The position numbers were made by a program, and so were the translations under genes. This document shows, one piece after another, positions 1 to 10,518 of a stretch of DNA of 64,000 nt; position 1 is the first letter of the stretch; every line of letters begins with the position of its first letter. Origin of the DNA: Candidatus Spongiisociaceae bacterium (GTDB taxonomy: Bacteria > Actinomycetota > Acidimicrobiia > Spongiisociales > Spongiisociaceae). The stretch covers positions 1,728,001 through 1,792,000 of the forward strand of contig OZ241841.1 of the NCBI GenBank assembly GCA_965202665.1, given 5' to 3'. The notes under the pieces were generated by a model that was not told the origin of the DNA, searched no databases, and saw only the letters and a program-made list of their open reading frames with translations.

Positions 1-24
1 GGGCGGCGGTCGCCGCGGCCCCGC

Positions 25-1662
25 TCACGAAGTCTCCTGCCCGCGGCGGTTTTCCATCATATGCTCAACCACCCGCAGGGTGTTGGCCATGATGGTGGCG
101 GTCGGGTTGACCGAACCGGCGGTTACGAACACCCCCCCGTCCGTGATGTACAGGTTGGGCACGTCGTGCGCCCGGCACCAGCGGTCCACCACCGAAGAAG
201 ACGGGTCGTCCCCCATGCGGGTGGTGCCCAGGTTGTGCCCGATGCCGGTCGGCCAAATTTCGTCCACCACCGTTTCCACCGCCCCCAGGGCCTCCGCCGT
301 TTCCAGCGCCCGGGCTATGTTGAAATCCAGCATGCGGCGGGTGTTGTCCGAAAGCCGGTAGTGGATGCGGGCCGCCGCCAGGCCCGAATCGTCGGCGGCC
401 TCCGGGTCCAACGTAACCCGGTTGCGTTCTTCGGGCAGATCCTCCGCTTGGATTCCCCACGAGAAGGAACGGCCGAAAAAAACATCGGAGGCCCGGTGGA
501 AAGCCTCCCCCCACACCTGGTCGAACCCCCCGCCGCGGCGGGCGGTCAGATGGTCGAAGACGGCGAACATCGGTCCGCCGCGCGGGCAGACGTTCCATTT
601 GCTCCCCCGCACGAAGTCGTGTTCGGGACGGGTTTCGGCGAATTCCAAAGAATAAATGTTCTGCCCCCACGGGCCCCGCCAGCTTTCCAGATGCTCTTCC
701 AAAACGACGGTAACCGTCTGATAGGGGTGCTGCATCAGCCGCCGCCCCACCAGGCCCGACGAGTTGGCCAGCCCGTCGGGAAACAGGGACGAGGCGGACA
801 GGAGCAACAGGCGGGGGGTGCCGATCCCGTTGGCGGCCATAATCACCACTTCCCCCGGCTGCAGGCGCTCCGTCCCTTCCCGGTCTTCGTACACCGCCCC
901 CCGGGCCCGCCCCCGCCCGTCCAGCGGAATTTGCTTCACCCGGGCCCCGGCGACCAGCCGCGCCCCGTTTTCCAAAGCCCGCGGCCAGTGGGTGAGCAGG
1001 CCGTTGGCTTTGGCGTTTTCCGGGCAGCCGATGATGCACGCCCCCCGCCGCTGGCAGGCCTGCAGGTTGCGGTGGGCCTGGGAGGAGATGGCGTTGCTCC
1101 CCGGCCACCAATGCCACCCCATGCGATCCATTCCCCGGGCGGCGGCCATCCCCACTTTGCCGATGGGGACCGGCGGATTGGGGTAGTCCAGTTCCGGGAA
1201 AGCCGGGTCGCCGGTCAGCCCGGACACCGACATGTCCCGGGTGGCCCGCTGGTAGAAAGGCCCCAGATCCTCCCAACTGATCGGCCAGTCGTCGCCCACC
1301 CCGTCCAACGTCCGCACTCGGAAGTCGGAGGGGAGTAGCGGATGCCACATTCCCGCCCACTGCACCAGGCCGCCCCCTACCGCGTTGCACATCACCGGCC
1401 GCACATCCGCTTCGCCGGTGGTCGGATAGTCGGCCCGGTTGCGGCGGGCGTTGTGGTCGGGGTTCCATTTGCCCAGCCAGGACAGTTCGGCTTCCGGTTC
1501 GGCGCTCAGGTAGTCGGCGGTTTCCGTCCAGCCGCCCTGCTCCAAGCAGGTCACCCGGAAGCCGGCCGCGGCGAAAGCGTCGGCGGCGACCGTCCCCGAA
1601 GCCCCGGCGCCTACAATCACCACATCGGCCGGTTCGTCCCGCTGAAGCCGAGATGTCAGCAT
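25..1662 (-). CDS. GMC family oxidoreductase
   Basis: VVIVGAGASG FAD motif, GGGLVQWAG, C-terminal HNLGTTRMGDDPSSSVVD and NPTAT motifs; start trimmed to MLTSR (ORF-track extension overlaps the divergent regulator). Confidence 0.9.
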   Translation of the reverse strand: MLTSRLQRDEPADVVIVGAGASGTVAADAFAAAGFRVTCLEQGGWTETADYLSAEPEAELSWLGKWNPDHNARRNRADYPTTGEADVRPVMCNAVGGGLVQWAGMWHPLLPSDFRVRTLDGVGDDWPISWEDLGPFYQRATRDMSVSGLTGDPAFPELDYPNPPVPIGKVGMAAARGMDRMGWHWWPGSNAISSQAHRNLQACQRRGACIIGCPENAKANGLLTHWPRALENGARLVAGARVKQIPLDGRGRARGAVYEDREGTERLQPGEVVIMAANGIGTPRLLLLSASSLFPDGLANSSGLVGRRLMQHPYQTVTVVLEEHLESWRGPWGQNIYSLEFAETRPEHDFVRGSKWNVCPRGGPMFAVFDHLTARRGGGFDQVWGEAFHRASDVFFGRSFSWGIQAEDLPEERNRVTLDPEAADDSGLAAARIHYRLSDNTRRMLDFNIARALETAEALGAVETVVDEIWPTGIGHNLGTTRMGDDPSSSVVDRWCRAHDVPNLYITDGGVFVTAGSVNPTATIMANTLRVVEHMMENRRGQETS

Positions 1663-1677
1663 ATTGAAATCATAATA

Positions 1678-1689
1678 TATAATGAAAAA
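1678..1689 (+). promoter_or_regulatory. Candidate operator TATAATGAAAAA (copy 1)
   Basis: Identical 12-mer at 5729-5740; both lie in AT-rich promoter regions of this cluster. Confidence 0.45.
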
Positions 1690-1791
1690 CGGAGGTGCGT
1701 CATTCTCACCAATCACAGTTCCAAGACGCTTGACTGGCACCATCCCCAAGCGCGGGAGGGGGGCCCCTTTTCCGACCGCCCCCGGATAACG

Positions 1792-2340
1792 GTGACGGAA
1801 GTGGGCAACCGGATACGGGAGTTGCGCAAGACGCAGGGCAAAACTTTGGAGCAACTGGCCCAAGCGGCCGGGGTCAGCGCCGGGTTGCTTTCGCAGGTGG
1901 AACGGGGCCAGGGCAACCCGTCTTTCAGTTCCCTGGTGCAGATCGCCCACAGCCTGGGGGTGGCGGTGGCCCGGTTGGTGGCGGACGACCAGATGGCTTC
2001 GCCGGTGGTGCGCCGGGAGGAGCGCATCCGCCTGGACCTGGGGGAAAGCAACGACCTGATTACCGCCGAGTTGCTCACCCCCCGGCTGGAAAGCGCCTTC
2101 GAAGTGGTCAAAGTCACCACCCATCCCGGTTACAGCAGCGAAAAAACCCCGTTCGTGCACGCCGGGGAGGAATGCAGCATAGTGCTGGAGGGAACGCAGG
2201 CCTACATTGTGGGCGGGGTGCGCTACGTGTTGCGGGCGGGCGATGTCATCTCCTACAAATCCACCATCCCGCACTGGTATGAGAACCCGGGCGACGGCCC
2301 GTCGGTTTCGCTGACGATGATCACCCCGCCCAGTTTTTGA
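1792..2340 (+). CDS. XRE-family HTH / cupin transcriptional regulator (PuuR-like)
   Basis: GNRIRELRK...LSQVERGQGNPS HTH; cupin HAGEE...PHWYEN; GTG start inferred. Confidence 0.9.
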   Translation: MTEVGNRIRELRKTQGKTLEQLAQAAGVSAGLLSQVERGQGNPSFSSLVQIAHSLGVAVARLVADDQMASPVVRREERIRLDLGESNDLITAELLTPRLESAFEVVKVTTHPGYSSEKTPFVHAGEECSIVLEGTQAYIVGGVRYVLRAGDVISYKSTIPHWYENPGDGPSVSLTMITPPSF

Positions 2341-2372
2341 GGCGGCCGGGGAAACGGGACGAGGTTGAACAA

Positions 2373-3737
2373 ATGGAAAAAGCGGATCATCCCCTGCTGA
2401 CCGAACCGGCGAAGGTGGTCGCCCAAACCGACGTGGCGGTGGTGGGGGGCGGCCCCGCCGGGTTGGCGGCGGCGGTGTCGGCCGCCCGCAACGGGGCTTC
2501 CGTAACCCTGCTGGAGCGCTACCCCTACCTGGGCGGTTTGGCGGCCGGGGGAATGGTTTTGGTGTTGGACGACTTCGTGGACGGGGCGGAGGAAATCACG
2601 GTGCGGGGCCTCGCCCAGGAGATGGTGGAGCGGATGGAGCGGATCGGGCTGGCCGTCTACCCGCCCCCCGGGGACCGGCTGTTCAGCGAAGAAATGTGGC
2701 GGAAGTGGGCCCGGTGGGGGCTGTTTGACATTTACCAGTCGGGGCGGATGAAGCACATCGTGTACGCGGTGGCTTTCGACCCGGACGGCTGGAAGCGGGT
2801 TTCCAACGACTTGGTGGAAGAGGAGGGGATAAACCTGCGCCTGCATTCCTGGTACGCCGCCCCGCTGATGGAAGGAGGAACCATCACCGGGGTGGTTTGC
2901 CGCACCAAAACCGGCCTGCAGGCGGTGCGGGCGCAGGTGGTGGTGGACGCCAGCGGGGACGCCGACGTGGCCGCCACCGCCGGGGCCCCCTACATGGACG
3001 GCTCCTACATGGTGACCACCGTCTTCCGGTTGGGCAACGTGGACACCGAGGCCGCGGAACGGTTCGAATGGGAGAGCCCGCGGGAATGCCACGAGGTGAA
3101 CCGCGCCGCCCGCCGCCTGCTGGGCGGTTCGTGGGCGCACTGGTGGTTGAAAACCCCCCTGCCGGGGGTGGTGTGGTGCAACTGCCCGCATATGAACGGC
3201 TACGACGGGCTGACCGCGGAGTCCCTCACCGCCGCCGACCGGGAGGGGCGCAAACGGATCGCCCAAGTGGTGGACTACGCCCGCGGCCACTACCCCGGTT
3301 TTGAGAAGGCGGTGGTAATCGACGTCGCCCCCCAAATCGGCGTGCGCCAGTCCCGCCTCATACAGGGCGACTACGTGGTGACCAAAGAGGACGTGACGGA
3401 GCGGGTGCATTTTCCGGACAGCGTGGCCCGCGGCCGGGGCTACTACACCCCCTACCGGGCCATGCTCCCGCAAAAGGTGGAGAACCTGCTGGTGGCGGGC
3501 CGCCACTATTCGGCCACCCCCGACGCCCAGAAAATGTCCCGGGAGATTCCGCCCTGCATGGCGATGGGGGAGGCGGCGGGCGTCGCCGCCGCGCAGGCCG
3601 TCGACCGGGGAACGACGGTGCGGGAGGCGGACGTGGCGGCGGTGCAACGGCGGTTGCGGGAGCAGGGGGCCGACCCGGGGGACGTCCCTTCCCCCCGGGC
3701 GGTCGTCCGCGCCCCGGCCGGGGCGGGCGCCGGATGA
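2373..3737 (+). CDS. FAD-dependent oxidoreductase
   Basis: DVAVVGGGPAG, VDASGDAD, PYRAMLPQKVENLLVAGR, MAMGEAAG motifs. Confidence 0.9.
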   Translation: MEKADHPLLTEPAKVVAQTDVAVVGGGPAGLAAAVSAARNGASVTLLERYPYLGGLAAGGMVLVLDDFVDGAEEITVRGLAQEMVERMERIGLAVYPPPGDRLFSEEMWRKWARWGLFDIYQSGRMKHIVYAVAFDPDGWKRVSNDLVEEEGINLRLHSWYAAPLMEGGTITGVVCRTKTGLQAVRAQVVVDASGDADVAATAGAPYMDGSYMVTTVFRLGNVDTEAAERFEWESPRECHEVNRAARRLLGGSWAHWWLKTPLPGVVWCNCPHMNGYDGLTAESLTAADREGRKRIAQVVDYARGHYPGFEKAVVIDVAPQIGVRQSRLIQGDYVVTKEDVTERVHFPDSVARGRGYYTPYRAMLPQKVENLLVAGRHYSATPDAQKMSREIPPCMAMGEAAGVAAAQAVDRGTTVREADVAAVQRRLREQGADPGDVPSPRAVVRAPAGAGAG

Positions 3738-4918
3738 CTTCCGGCCAACCTTTGGCGGGGATGCGGGTTCTGGATTTCTCGCAGATCGTGATGGGCCCGG
3801 CCGCCACCCAGTTGCTGGGCGACCACGGGGCGGACATCCTGAAAATCGAACGCCCCCGAACCGGGGACATTTTCCGCCACGCCCTGGCTTCGGTGGACGA
3901 AGACGGCCTGCTGCATCCGGCTTTCAGTTCGGTCAACCGCAACAAGCGCAGCTGCTCGGTGGATGTCTCAACCGAGGCGGGACGGGAGCTCGTTTACGAC
4001 CTGGTGCGGGAGGCGGACGCGGTGGTGGACAACTACCGGCCGGGGGTGATGGAGCGGCTCGGCCTCGGCTACGAGCGGCTGGCGGAAATCAACCCCCGCA
4101 TCATCTTCGCCGAAGGAACCGGCTTCGGCCCGGACGGCCCCTACGCCCGCAAAGGCGGGCAGGACATTCTGGCCCAGGCGATGACCGGGGCCATGCATCA
4201 CAAGGCCGACCCTTCCCACCCCACCCTCATCTACCCGATTTCCCTGGCCGATTACACGGCCGGCATGAACATGGTGCAGGGGATTCTGCTGGCCCTGCTG
4301 GAGCGGGAGCGCAGCGGCCTGGGGCAGAAGGTGGAAGTCAACTTGTACGATTCGCTGTTGGCCATGCAGCATCAGGAGGCGGCCATCCGCCTGATGCGGG
4401 AACGGGATTTCAACTGGGCGCAAACCCCCCTCACCGGAACTTTCGCCGTCCGCGACGGGGAGGTGGTGATCGTGGGGGCTTTCAAACCCAACCCGCTGCG
4501 GGACATCTGCCGGGCTTTGGATATGGAGGACCTGTCCGCCCTCCCCGAATACCGGAGTTTCGCCGAACAGTCCCGTCGCCGCCCGCAACTGCAAAAAGCC
4601 CTGGCGGAGGCCATCGCCCCTTTCCCGGTAGCGGAGGCCGTCAGGCGGCTGGAAGAGCAGGACATCCTGTGCGCCCCGGTGCGGACCATGGAGGAGGCGG
4701 TCAAAGACCCGCACACTTCCCAGATGATCTGGGAGATGGAACGGCCCGGCCGGGCCCCGTTGCGCGTCCTCGCCTCCCCCGTCCACCTGTCCCGCACCCC
4801 GGCCCGGGCGCAACGCCCCCCGCCCGCGCTGGGCGAAGGGGGGGAGGAGGCCCTGCGGGAATACGGAATCAGCGAGGGCCGCATTCGGGAGTTGCGGGAA
4901 GCGGAGGTTCTGGGATGA
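3734..4918 (+). CDS. Family III (CaiB/BaiF) CoA-transferase
   Basis: PLAGMRVLDFSQIVMGP, NRNKRS, NYRPGVMERLGLGY, catalytic D in SLADY; ATGA overlap. Confidence 0.93.
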   Translation: MTSGQPLAGMRVLDFSQIVMGPAATQLLGDHGADILKIERPRTGDIFRHALASVDEDGLLHPAFSSVNRNKRSCSVDVSTEAGRELVYDLVREADAVVDNYRPGVMERLGLGYERLAEINPRIIFAEGTGFGPDGPYARKGGQDILAQAMTGAMHHKADPSHPTLIYPISLADYTAGMNMVQGILLALLERERSGLGQKVEVNLYDSLLAMQHQEAAIRLMRERDFNWAQTPLTGTFAVRDGEVVIVGAFKPNPLRDICRALDMEDLSALPEYRSFAEQSRRRPQLQKALAEAIAPFPVAEAVRRLEEQDILCAPVRTMEEAVKDPHTSQMIWEMERPGRAPLRVLASPVHLSRTPARAQRPPPALGEGGEEALREYGISEGRIRELREAEVLG

Positions 4919-5691
4919 GCATCGACTTGCGGGTGGAGGGGCATGTGGCCTGGGTGACCATCAACCGCCCGGAGCGGCTCAACGCGGTGGACGAGTTTCA
5001 CCAGCAGGAGTTGCGGCGGACATGGGAGGCCATCGAGGCGGACCGGTCGGTGCGGGCCGCGGTGCTCACCGGGGTCGGGGAGCGGGCTTTCTGCGCCGGG
5101 GACGACGTGCGAAGCGACGCGGGCAAAACCGGGGTGGATTACTGGCTGGGGGCCCGCCCGCAGGGTTTCGGATATCTGACCCTGCGGGACACGCTGGACG
5201 TCCCGGTGCTGGCCCGGGTCAACGGATACGCCCTGGGCGGCGGTTTGGAGCTGGTGATCGGATGCGACTTGGCGGTGGCCTCCGAGGACGCCCAGCTGGG
5301 TTTTGTGGAACCCCGGCTGGGGAGGTTGCCGATGGACGGGGGGATCGTTTCCCTGGCCCGGCAGTTGCCCGCCAAATGGGCCATGGAGATCCTGCTCACC
5401 GGGCGCCGTTTCACAGCCGCCGAAGCCCTGGCCCTGGGGTTGGTGAACGAAGTGGTCCCTCCTGCGGAACTGGACGGGGCGGTGGAGCGCTGGCTGGAAA
5501 ACCTGCTGGCCTGCGGGCCGCTGGCTTTGCGGGCCATCAAGCAGATCGTTCGCCGCACCCCGCACATGACCGCCGCCGACGCCCGCATGGCCAACCTTCC
5601 CGCCCTGATCGAAGTCCTGGGTTCGGAGGACGGGGAGGAGGGGGTGCGGGCCTTCCGGGAGAAACGCCCCCCGGTTTGGAAAGGAAAATAA
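4915..5691 (+). CDS. Enoyl-CoA hydratase/isomerase
   Basis: INRPERLNA, AFCAGDD, VNGYALGGGLEL, AFREKRPPVWKG; ATGA overlap. Confidence 0.93.
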   Translation: MSIDLRVEGHVAWVTINRPERLNAVDEFHQQELRRTWEAIEADRSVRAAVLTGVGERAFCAGDDVRSDAGKTGVDYWLGARPQGFGYLTLRDTLDVPVLARVNGYALGGGLELVIGCDLAVASEDAQLGFVEPRLGRLPMDGGIVSLARQLPAKWAMEILLTGRRFTAAEALALGLVNEVVPPAELDGAVERWLENLLACGPLALRAIKQIVRRTPHMTAADARMANLPALIEVLGSEDGEEGVRAFREKRPPVWKGK

Positions 5692-5728
5692 AACCCCCAT
5701 TTTTGGCAACAAATTAAAAAATCTTGTT

Positions 5729-5740
5729 TATAATGAAAAA
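5729..5740 (+). promoter_or_regulatory. TATAAT -10 element / candidate operator TATAATGAAAAA (copy 2)
   Basis: AT-rich gap before the ABC operon; perfect TATAAT; repeat of 1678-1689. Confidence 0.5.
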
Positions 5741-5772
5741 ATAGTTTTCCGGACAACGGAGGGAGGCCCCAA

Positions 5773-6924
5773 GTGAAAGCCCTGAAATTTTCCAAGTTCC
5801 TGATAGCGGCCCTGGCGCTGTCGCTGGTTGCGGCCGCCTGCGGAGGCGACGACGAACCGGCCGCCGTCACCCAGGCCCCGACCACCACCGCCGCCGCCCC
5901 CGCCGCTACGGAGGCGGCCACCACCACCGAGGCGCCCGCCGCCCCCGCCGCCACCGAGGCGACGACCACCACCGCCGCCCCGACCACAACGGAGGCGCCC
6001 ATGGAGCCGGCTACGGTGGCCTTGGTGGTCAACCAGCGGGCGGGCGACATGGGCCCCATCGATGATCTGGTGAAAGGCTTGGAGCAGGCGGAGGCCGACA
6101 TGGGGGTGGAAACCACTTTCATCGAAGCCACCGACCCTTCCACTTTTGAGACCACTTTGCGCAACCTGGGCAACCAGGGAACGGACATTGTGGCCGTCAC
6201 TTTCCCGCCCATGGCGGAGGCCCTGGCGACGGTCGCCCCCGACTTCCCCGACACCCGATGGATTCACATCTTCGGCGCCCCTCTGGATCTTCCCAACGCG
6301 GTGGTGGTCGGGTTCGACTATTACAAGGGAACCTATCTGGCGGGCATCCTGGCCGGAGCCCTGAACACCACCGGCAAAATCGGGTTTGTGGGCGGCGTGT
6401 CCATTCCTCCTCTCAACGCCGATTACAACGCGTTCGTGGCCGCCGCCCAAACCCAAAACCCGGACATCACCGGCGACGCCGCCTTCGCCGACTCTTTCGA
6501 AGACCCGGCGAAAGGGCGGGAGTTGGGGGCGGCCCTGTTCGACAGCGGGGCCGACATCCTGATGCTGGACGGAGCGGCCACCGACCTGGGCGTCATCCAA
6601 GCCGCCGAAGAGAAAGACGGCTTCGTGATCGGCGGTTCGGAGAACTATTTCGACAGCGAAACGGTGATAGCCGGAGTGCTGCTCTACTGGTCCACCGTCC
6701 TCTACAACCAAATCGAAAACGCCTTGAGCGACGGCTACACCCCCGGCTGGGTGGGGGCGGGCGTAGCGGAAGGCGGGGTGGACATGGTCATCAACCCAAT
6801 GTTCTTGGAGAACGGCCCGGCCGAGATGGTGGAGATTATCAACGCTACGCTTCCCATCATCGATGAAGCGCGGTCCCAGATCCGCAGCGGAGCGCTGGAA
6901 GTTCCGTACAACCCGGAACTTTGA
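5773..6924 (+). CDS. BMP-family ABC transporter substrate-binding lipoprotein
   Basis: Lipobox LVAAAC, Thr/Ala/Pro linker, KIGFVGG, SFEDPAKGRE motifs; GGGAGG RBS. Confidence 0.9.
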   Translation: MKALKFSKFLIAALALSLVAAACGGDDEPAAVTQAPTTTAAAPAATEAATTTEAPAAPAATEATTTTAAPTTTEAPMEPATVALVVNQRAGDMGPIDDLVKGLEQAEADMGVETTFIEATDPSTFETTLRNLGNQGTDIVAVTFPPMAEALATVAPDFPDTRWIHIFGAPLDLPNAVVVGFDYYKGTYLAGILAGALNTTGKIGFVGGVSIPPLNADYNAFVAAAQTQNPDITGDAAFADSFEDPAKGRELGAALFDSGADILMLDGAATDLGVIQAAEEKDGFVIGGSENYFDSETVIAGVLLYWSTVLYNQIENALSDGYTPGWVGAGVAEGGVDMVINPMFLENGPAEMVEIINATLPIIDEARSQIRSGALEVPYNPEL

Positions 6925-6952
6925 CCGAGGCGCGCCGGACGACCCGCCGGGG

Positions 6953-8506
6953 GTGACCGCCGACTCGCCGGCGCCGCCCGATCCTCCTGCGGTGCGGTGC
7001 CGGGGAGTCAGCGTGTCCTTCGGGGCGGTGCGGGCCCTGCGGGACGTGGATCTGGAACTCGCCCCCGGCCGCATCCACGCCCTGGTGGGGCAGAACGGGG
7101 CCGGAAAGACCACCCTGGCCCGGGTGCTGGCCGGACTGCAGGCCCCGGATGAGGGCCGGGTGTGGGTGGCGGGCCGGGAAATGGCGGGCGGGGGGGTGCG
7201 GGCCGCCCAAGCCGCCGGGCTGGCCATGGTGCATCAGCATTTTTCCCTGCCCCCGTCTTTCACCGTGGCCGAAGCCCTGGAACTCACCGCCGCCCGGCCG
7301 GGCGGAACAGCGGTTTACCGGCGGGCCGGTTTGGAGAAACGTTGGCGCGGGCAGGTGGCGGGACTGGAAGCGGTTTCCCTGTCCAGCCGCGTCCGGGATT
7401 TGCCGGTGGAGGCCCGCCAGTCGCTGGAGATAGTGCGGGCCCTGGCCTCGCAAGCGAAGATTTTGCTGTTGGACGAGCCCACCGCCCTGCTCACCCCGGC
7501 CGCCGCCGAATCCCTTTTTGAAAGGCTGCGCAACCTGCGGGACGAAGGGGTGACGGCCCTGGTGGTGTTGCACAAGTTGCGGGAGGTGAAGGCGGTGGCG
7601 GACACGGTGAGCGTGCTGCGGGACGGAAAGTTGGTTCTGGGCCCGCTGGAAACATCCGCCGCCGACCAGGGCCGGCTGAGCGACGCCATCGTGGGGGCCG
7701 CTGAACGGGTCGCGGCCGGGACGGCGGCGATGGGCCAGACGGCGTCCCTTCCGGGCGGCGATGAGATTCGCCTGGAACTGACCGGGGCGTCGGCCAAAGG
7801 CTCCGCCCATGAAGTGGGACTGCGCGGGGTTGACATGCGGGTGGGGGCGGGGGAGATCGTGGGCGTCGCCGGGGTGGAAGGAAACGGCCAGCGCAACCTG
7901 GTGTCGGCCATCGCCGGGCTGACCCGGTTGGAAAAAGGGGAAATCAGGTTGGGCGGGCGTTCCGTCAACGACGACGACCCGGCCCGGAGGCGGCGCCGGG
8001 GCCTGCGGCTGGTGCCCTTCGACCGCCACACGGAAGGGGTTTCGTCCAGCGCCCCCCTGTGGTTGAACCAGTCGGCTTTGAAGTTGGCCGCCGGGGAGCG
8101 GCGCCGCCCGTTCGTCTCGGTGCGCCGCATGCGGGAGGAGGCCAAGTCGGCCATGGACAAATGGCGGGTGCGTTACCAGGCGGTCGCCCAACCGGCCGGT
8201 TCTTTATCGGGGGGCAACATTCAGCGCTTGATTTTGTCCCGGGAGCTGGCCGACGGGGCGGAGATGCTGATCGCCGCCCAGCCCACCCGCGGCCTGGATT
8301 TCGCAGCCACCGAATTCGTGCGGGCTTCCCTTTCCGGGATGCGGGATCTGGGGGCGGGGGTGCTGTTGGTGTCCTCCGATTTGGACGAGTTGTTTGAGCT
8401 GTCCGACCGCCTGCTGGTGATGCTGGGCGGCCGGATAACGGCCGAATTCGCGCCCCCCTACGACCGGCGGGCGGTGGGGGATGCGATGATCGGGGCGGTG
8501 CGGTGA
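6953..8506 (+). CDS. ABC transporter ATP-binding protein (tandem NBD, sugar/nucleoside type)
   Basis: GQNGAGKT, LLLDEPT, GVEGNGQ, LSGGNIQ, AQPTRGLD; GTG start inferred. Confidence 0.92.
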   Translation: MTADSPAPPDPPAVRCRGVSVSFGAVRALRDVDLELAPGRIHALVGQNGAGKTTLARVLAGLQAPDEGRVWVAGREMAGGGVRAAQAAGLAMVHQHFSLPPSFTVAEALELTAARPGGTAVYRRAGLEKRWRGQVAGLEAVSLSSRVRDLPVEARQSLEIVRALASQAKILLLDEPTALLTPAAAESLFERLRNLRDEGVTALVVLHKLREVKAVADTVSVLRDGKLVLGPLETSAADQGRLSDAIVGAAERVAAGTAAMGQTASLPGGDEIRLELTGASAKGSAHEVGLRGVDMRVGAGEIVGVAGVEGNGQRNLVSAIAGLTRLEKGEIRLGGRSVNDDDPARRRRRGLRLVPFDRHTEGVSSSAPLWLNQSALKLAAGERRRPFVSVRRMREEAKSAMDKWRVRYQAVAQPAGSLSGGNIQRLILSRELADGAEMLIAAQPTRGLDFAATEFVRASLSGMRDLGAGVLLVSSDLDELFELSDRLLVMLGGRITAEFAPPYDRRAVGDAMIGAVR

Positions 8507-9567
8507 CCGGACGTTTGGCCAAAGTTGCGTCCACCGCGGCCCTGGTGGCGGCCGCTTTCGCCATCACCTCCCTGATTTTGTGGATCAGCGGATACAGCGT
8601 GGCCGAGGTTTTCTCCGGAACCGTCCAAGGGGCGATCACCGCCAAAGGGGCGGTGGCTTCCACCGTCCGCTGGACCATCCCCCTGTTGCTGATCGCCTGG
8701 GGGGTGACCATCGGGTTCCGGGCCGGTTTTTTCAACATCGGCGGGCAGGGCCAGTTCTACGTGGGGGCTTGCGCCTCCCTGGCGGTGGCTTTGGGGTGGC
8801 GGACCGGGCCCGCCTGGTTGGTGATCATCGTCGGAACGGCGGCGGCGGTGACGGCGGGGGCCGCCTGGTCGCTGATCCCCGGTTGGCTGCGGGTGCGGTT
8901 CGGGGCCGACGAGGTGCTGACCACGCTGATGATGAGTTTCATCGGTTCCCTGGTGCTGCAGTATTTGACTTCCGGTCCGATGCGCAACCCGCAGGGCACC
9001 GGTCAGACGGCGGCCAGCGAACGGATACCCGACGCCTTTCGCCTGACCGGCAGCTCCGGCGTGTCGCTGGTTTTGCTGGCGATCGTCGTCTTGACCGGGG
9101 CGGCGGTGTGGGTTTTGTTGGAGCGCACCCGGTTCGGGCTGTCCGTGGATTTGGCGGGCCGCAATCCGGTGATGGCCCGCTGGCAGGGAATCAACGTCCG
9201 CCGGGTGGGTTTGGCTTCTTTCGGTTTGGCGGGGGCGCTGGCCGGTTTGGCGGGGGCGATGGAACTGTTCGGGCCGGCGGCCCGTCTGATAACCGGTTTT
9301 TCACCGACGGTGGGGTTCAACGCGGTGGTGGTGGCTTTGGTGGGTTTGCTGAGCGTGCCCGGGGTGGCCCTGTCCGCCCTGTTCTTCGGCGGCTTGCAGT
9401 CGGCGATCCTGTTTCTGCCGATAGTGACCGATGTCCCGCCCCCCGCCCTGGTGGTCCTGAACGGGATGGTGGCTTTGCTGGTAACCATCCGGTTCCGCGC
9501 CCGCCGTCGCCGCGTCGCATCCGGCCCCGCCGTTGCGGAGGGGGCCGACGGGGAGGCCGGCGGCTGA
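8503..9567 (+). CDS. ABC transporter permease
   Basis: FNIGGQGQ motif, multiple hydrophobic helices, GTGA overlap. Confidence 0.9.
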   Translation: MTGRLAKVASTAALVAAAFAITSLILWISGYSVAEVFSGTVQGAITAKGAVASTVRWTIPLLLIAWGVTIGFRAGFFNIGGQGQFYVGACASLAVALGWRTGPAWLVIIVGTAAAVTAGAAWSLIPGWLRVRFGADEVLTTLMMSFIGSLVLQYLTSGPMRNPQGTGQTAASERIPDAFRLTGSSGVSLVLLAIVVLTGAAVWVLLERTRFGLSVDLAGRNPVMARWQGINVRRVGLASFGLAGALAGLAGAMELFGPAARLITGFSPTVGFNAVVVALVGLLSVPGVALSALFFGGLQSAILFLPIVTDVPPPALVVLNGMVALLVTIRFRARRRRVASGPAVAEGADGEAGG

Positions 9568-10484
9568 TGGAACAGGTCCTGGCCACCACCCTGCGGGCCG
9601 CCGCCCCGTTGATTTTGGCGGCCTTGGCGGGGGTGTTCGCCTGGAGGGCGGGCGTCTTCCACCTGGGCTTGGAGGGCCTGATGATCACCGGGGCTTTCTC
9701 GGCGGCGGCGGTGGGGCACGCCACCGGTTCGGTGTGGCTGGGAATTTTGTCGGGGGTGGCGGCCTGCTCGGTCCTGTCGTTTCTGTTCTGGTGGGTTATC
9801 GGCCCCCTGCGGGCCAATATGATCATCGCCGGGTTGGGGCTGACTTCCCTCGGTTTGGGGGGAACCGCCTACGCCCTGACCGCCGTTTTCGACACGCGGG
9901 GCACGATTTTCACCGAGGTGACCCTGCCCCGGCCGGTGCGGGGAGTGAACGAGGGGCTGGGGGTGATAGTTTCCGAATCGTCCATTTTGGTGTGGCTGGC
10001 TCCGCTGTTCGTGTTGGCCTCCTGGGTGGTCCTGCGGCGCACCCGGTTCGGACTGCGCCTGACGGCGGTGGGGGAGTATCCGTTCGCGGCCCGTTCGGTG
10101 GGGGTGGACCCGTCCCGGATGCGGCTGTGGGCGTTGCTGATAGCGGGCGGGCTGAGCGCCCTGGCCGGCGCCGAACTGTCGGTGGGGGCGTTGCGCAATT
10201 TCACGGAGAACATGACCGCCGGGCGGGGTTTCATAGCCTTCGTGGCCGTCATTTTCGGGGCCTGGCATCCGATCGGGGCGGCGGCCGCCGCCTTGTTTTT
10301 CGGTTTGGCGGACGCCATAGGGGCCCAGTCGCAGATCAACATCACCGAGTCGGTCCCCCGGGAGTTCGTGCTGATGATCCCCTACCTGCTGACCATCGTC
10401 GCCGTGTGGGTGGGCGGAATGCTGCGCCGCCGCCAAACGGAAGCTTCCGCCGGCTACGCCGAACTAAGAGAACCCGACGATTAG
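9567..10484 (+). CDS. ABC transporter permease
   Basis: LGLEGLM, RTRFGLRL..VGE, MTAGRGFIA motifs; TGATG overlap. Confidence 0.9.
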   Translation: MEQVLATTLRAAAPLILAALAGVFAWRAGVFHLGLEGLMITGAFSAAAVGHATGSVWLGILSGVAACSVLSFLFWWVIGPLRANMIIAGLGLTSLGLGGTAYALTAVFDTRGTIFTEVTLPRPVRGVNEGLGVIVSESSILVWLAPLFVLASWVVLRRTRFGLRLTAVGEYPFAARSVGVDPSRMRLWALLIAGGLSALAGAELSVGALRNFTENMTAGRGFIAFVAVIFGAWHPIGAAAAALFFGLADAIGAQSQINITESVPREFVLMIPYLLTIVAVWVGGMLRRRQTEASAGYAELREPDD

Positions 10485-10518
10485 CCGCCCGCCTGGAGAG
10501 GGACGGGAGGGGCGGCTG

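Noticed and set aside
1663-2274. N-terminal 204-aa extension of the GMC ORF in the ORF track
   Set aside because: It is antisense to the XRE-cupin regulator; GMC homology begins at MLTSR (1662).
5870-6000. Repetitive acc/gcc tract in the BMP gene
   Set aside because: Ordinary Thr/Ala/Pro lipoprotein linker, not a CRISPR array or independent repeat.
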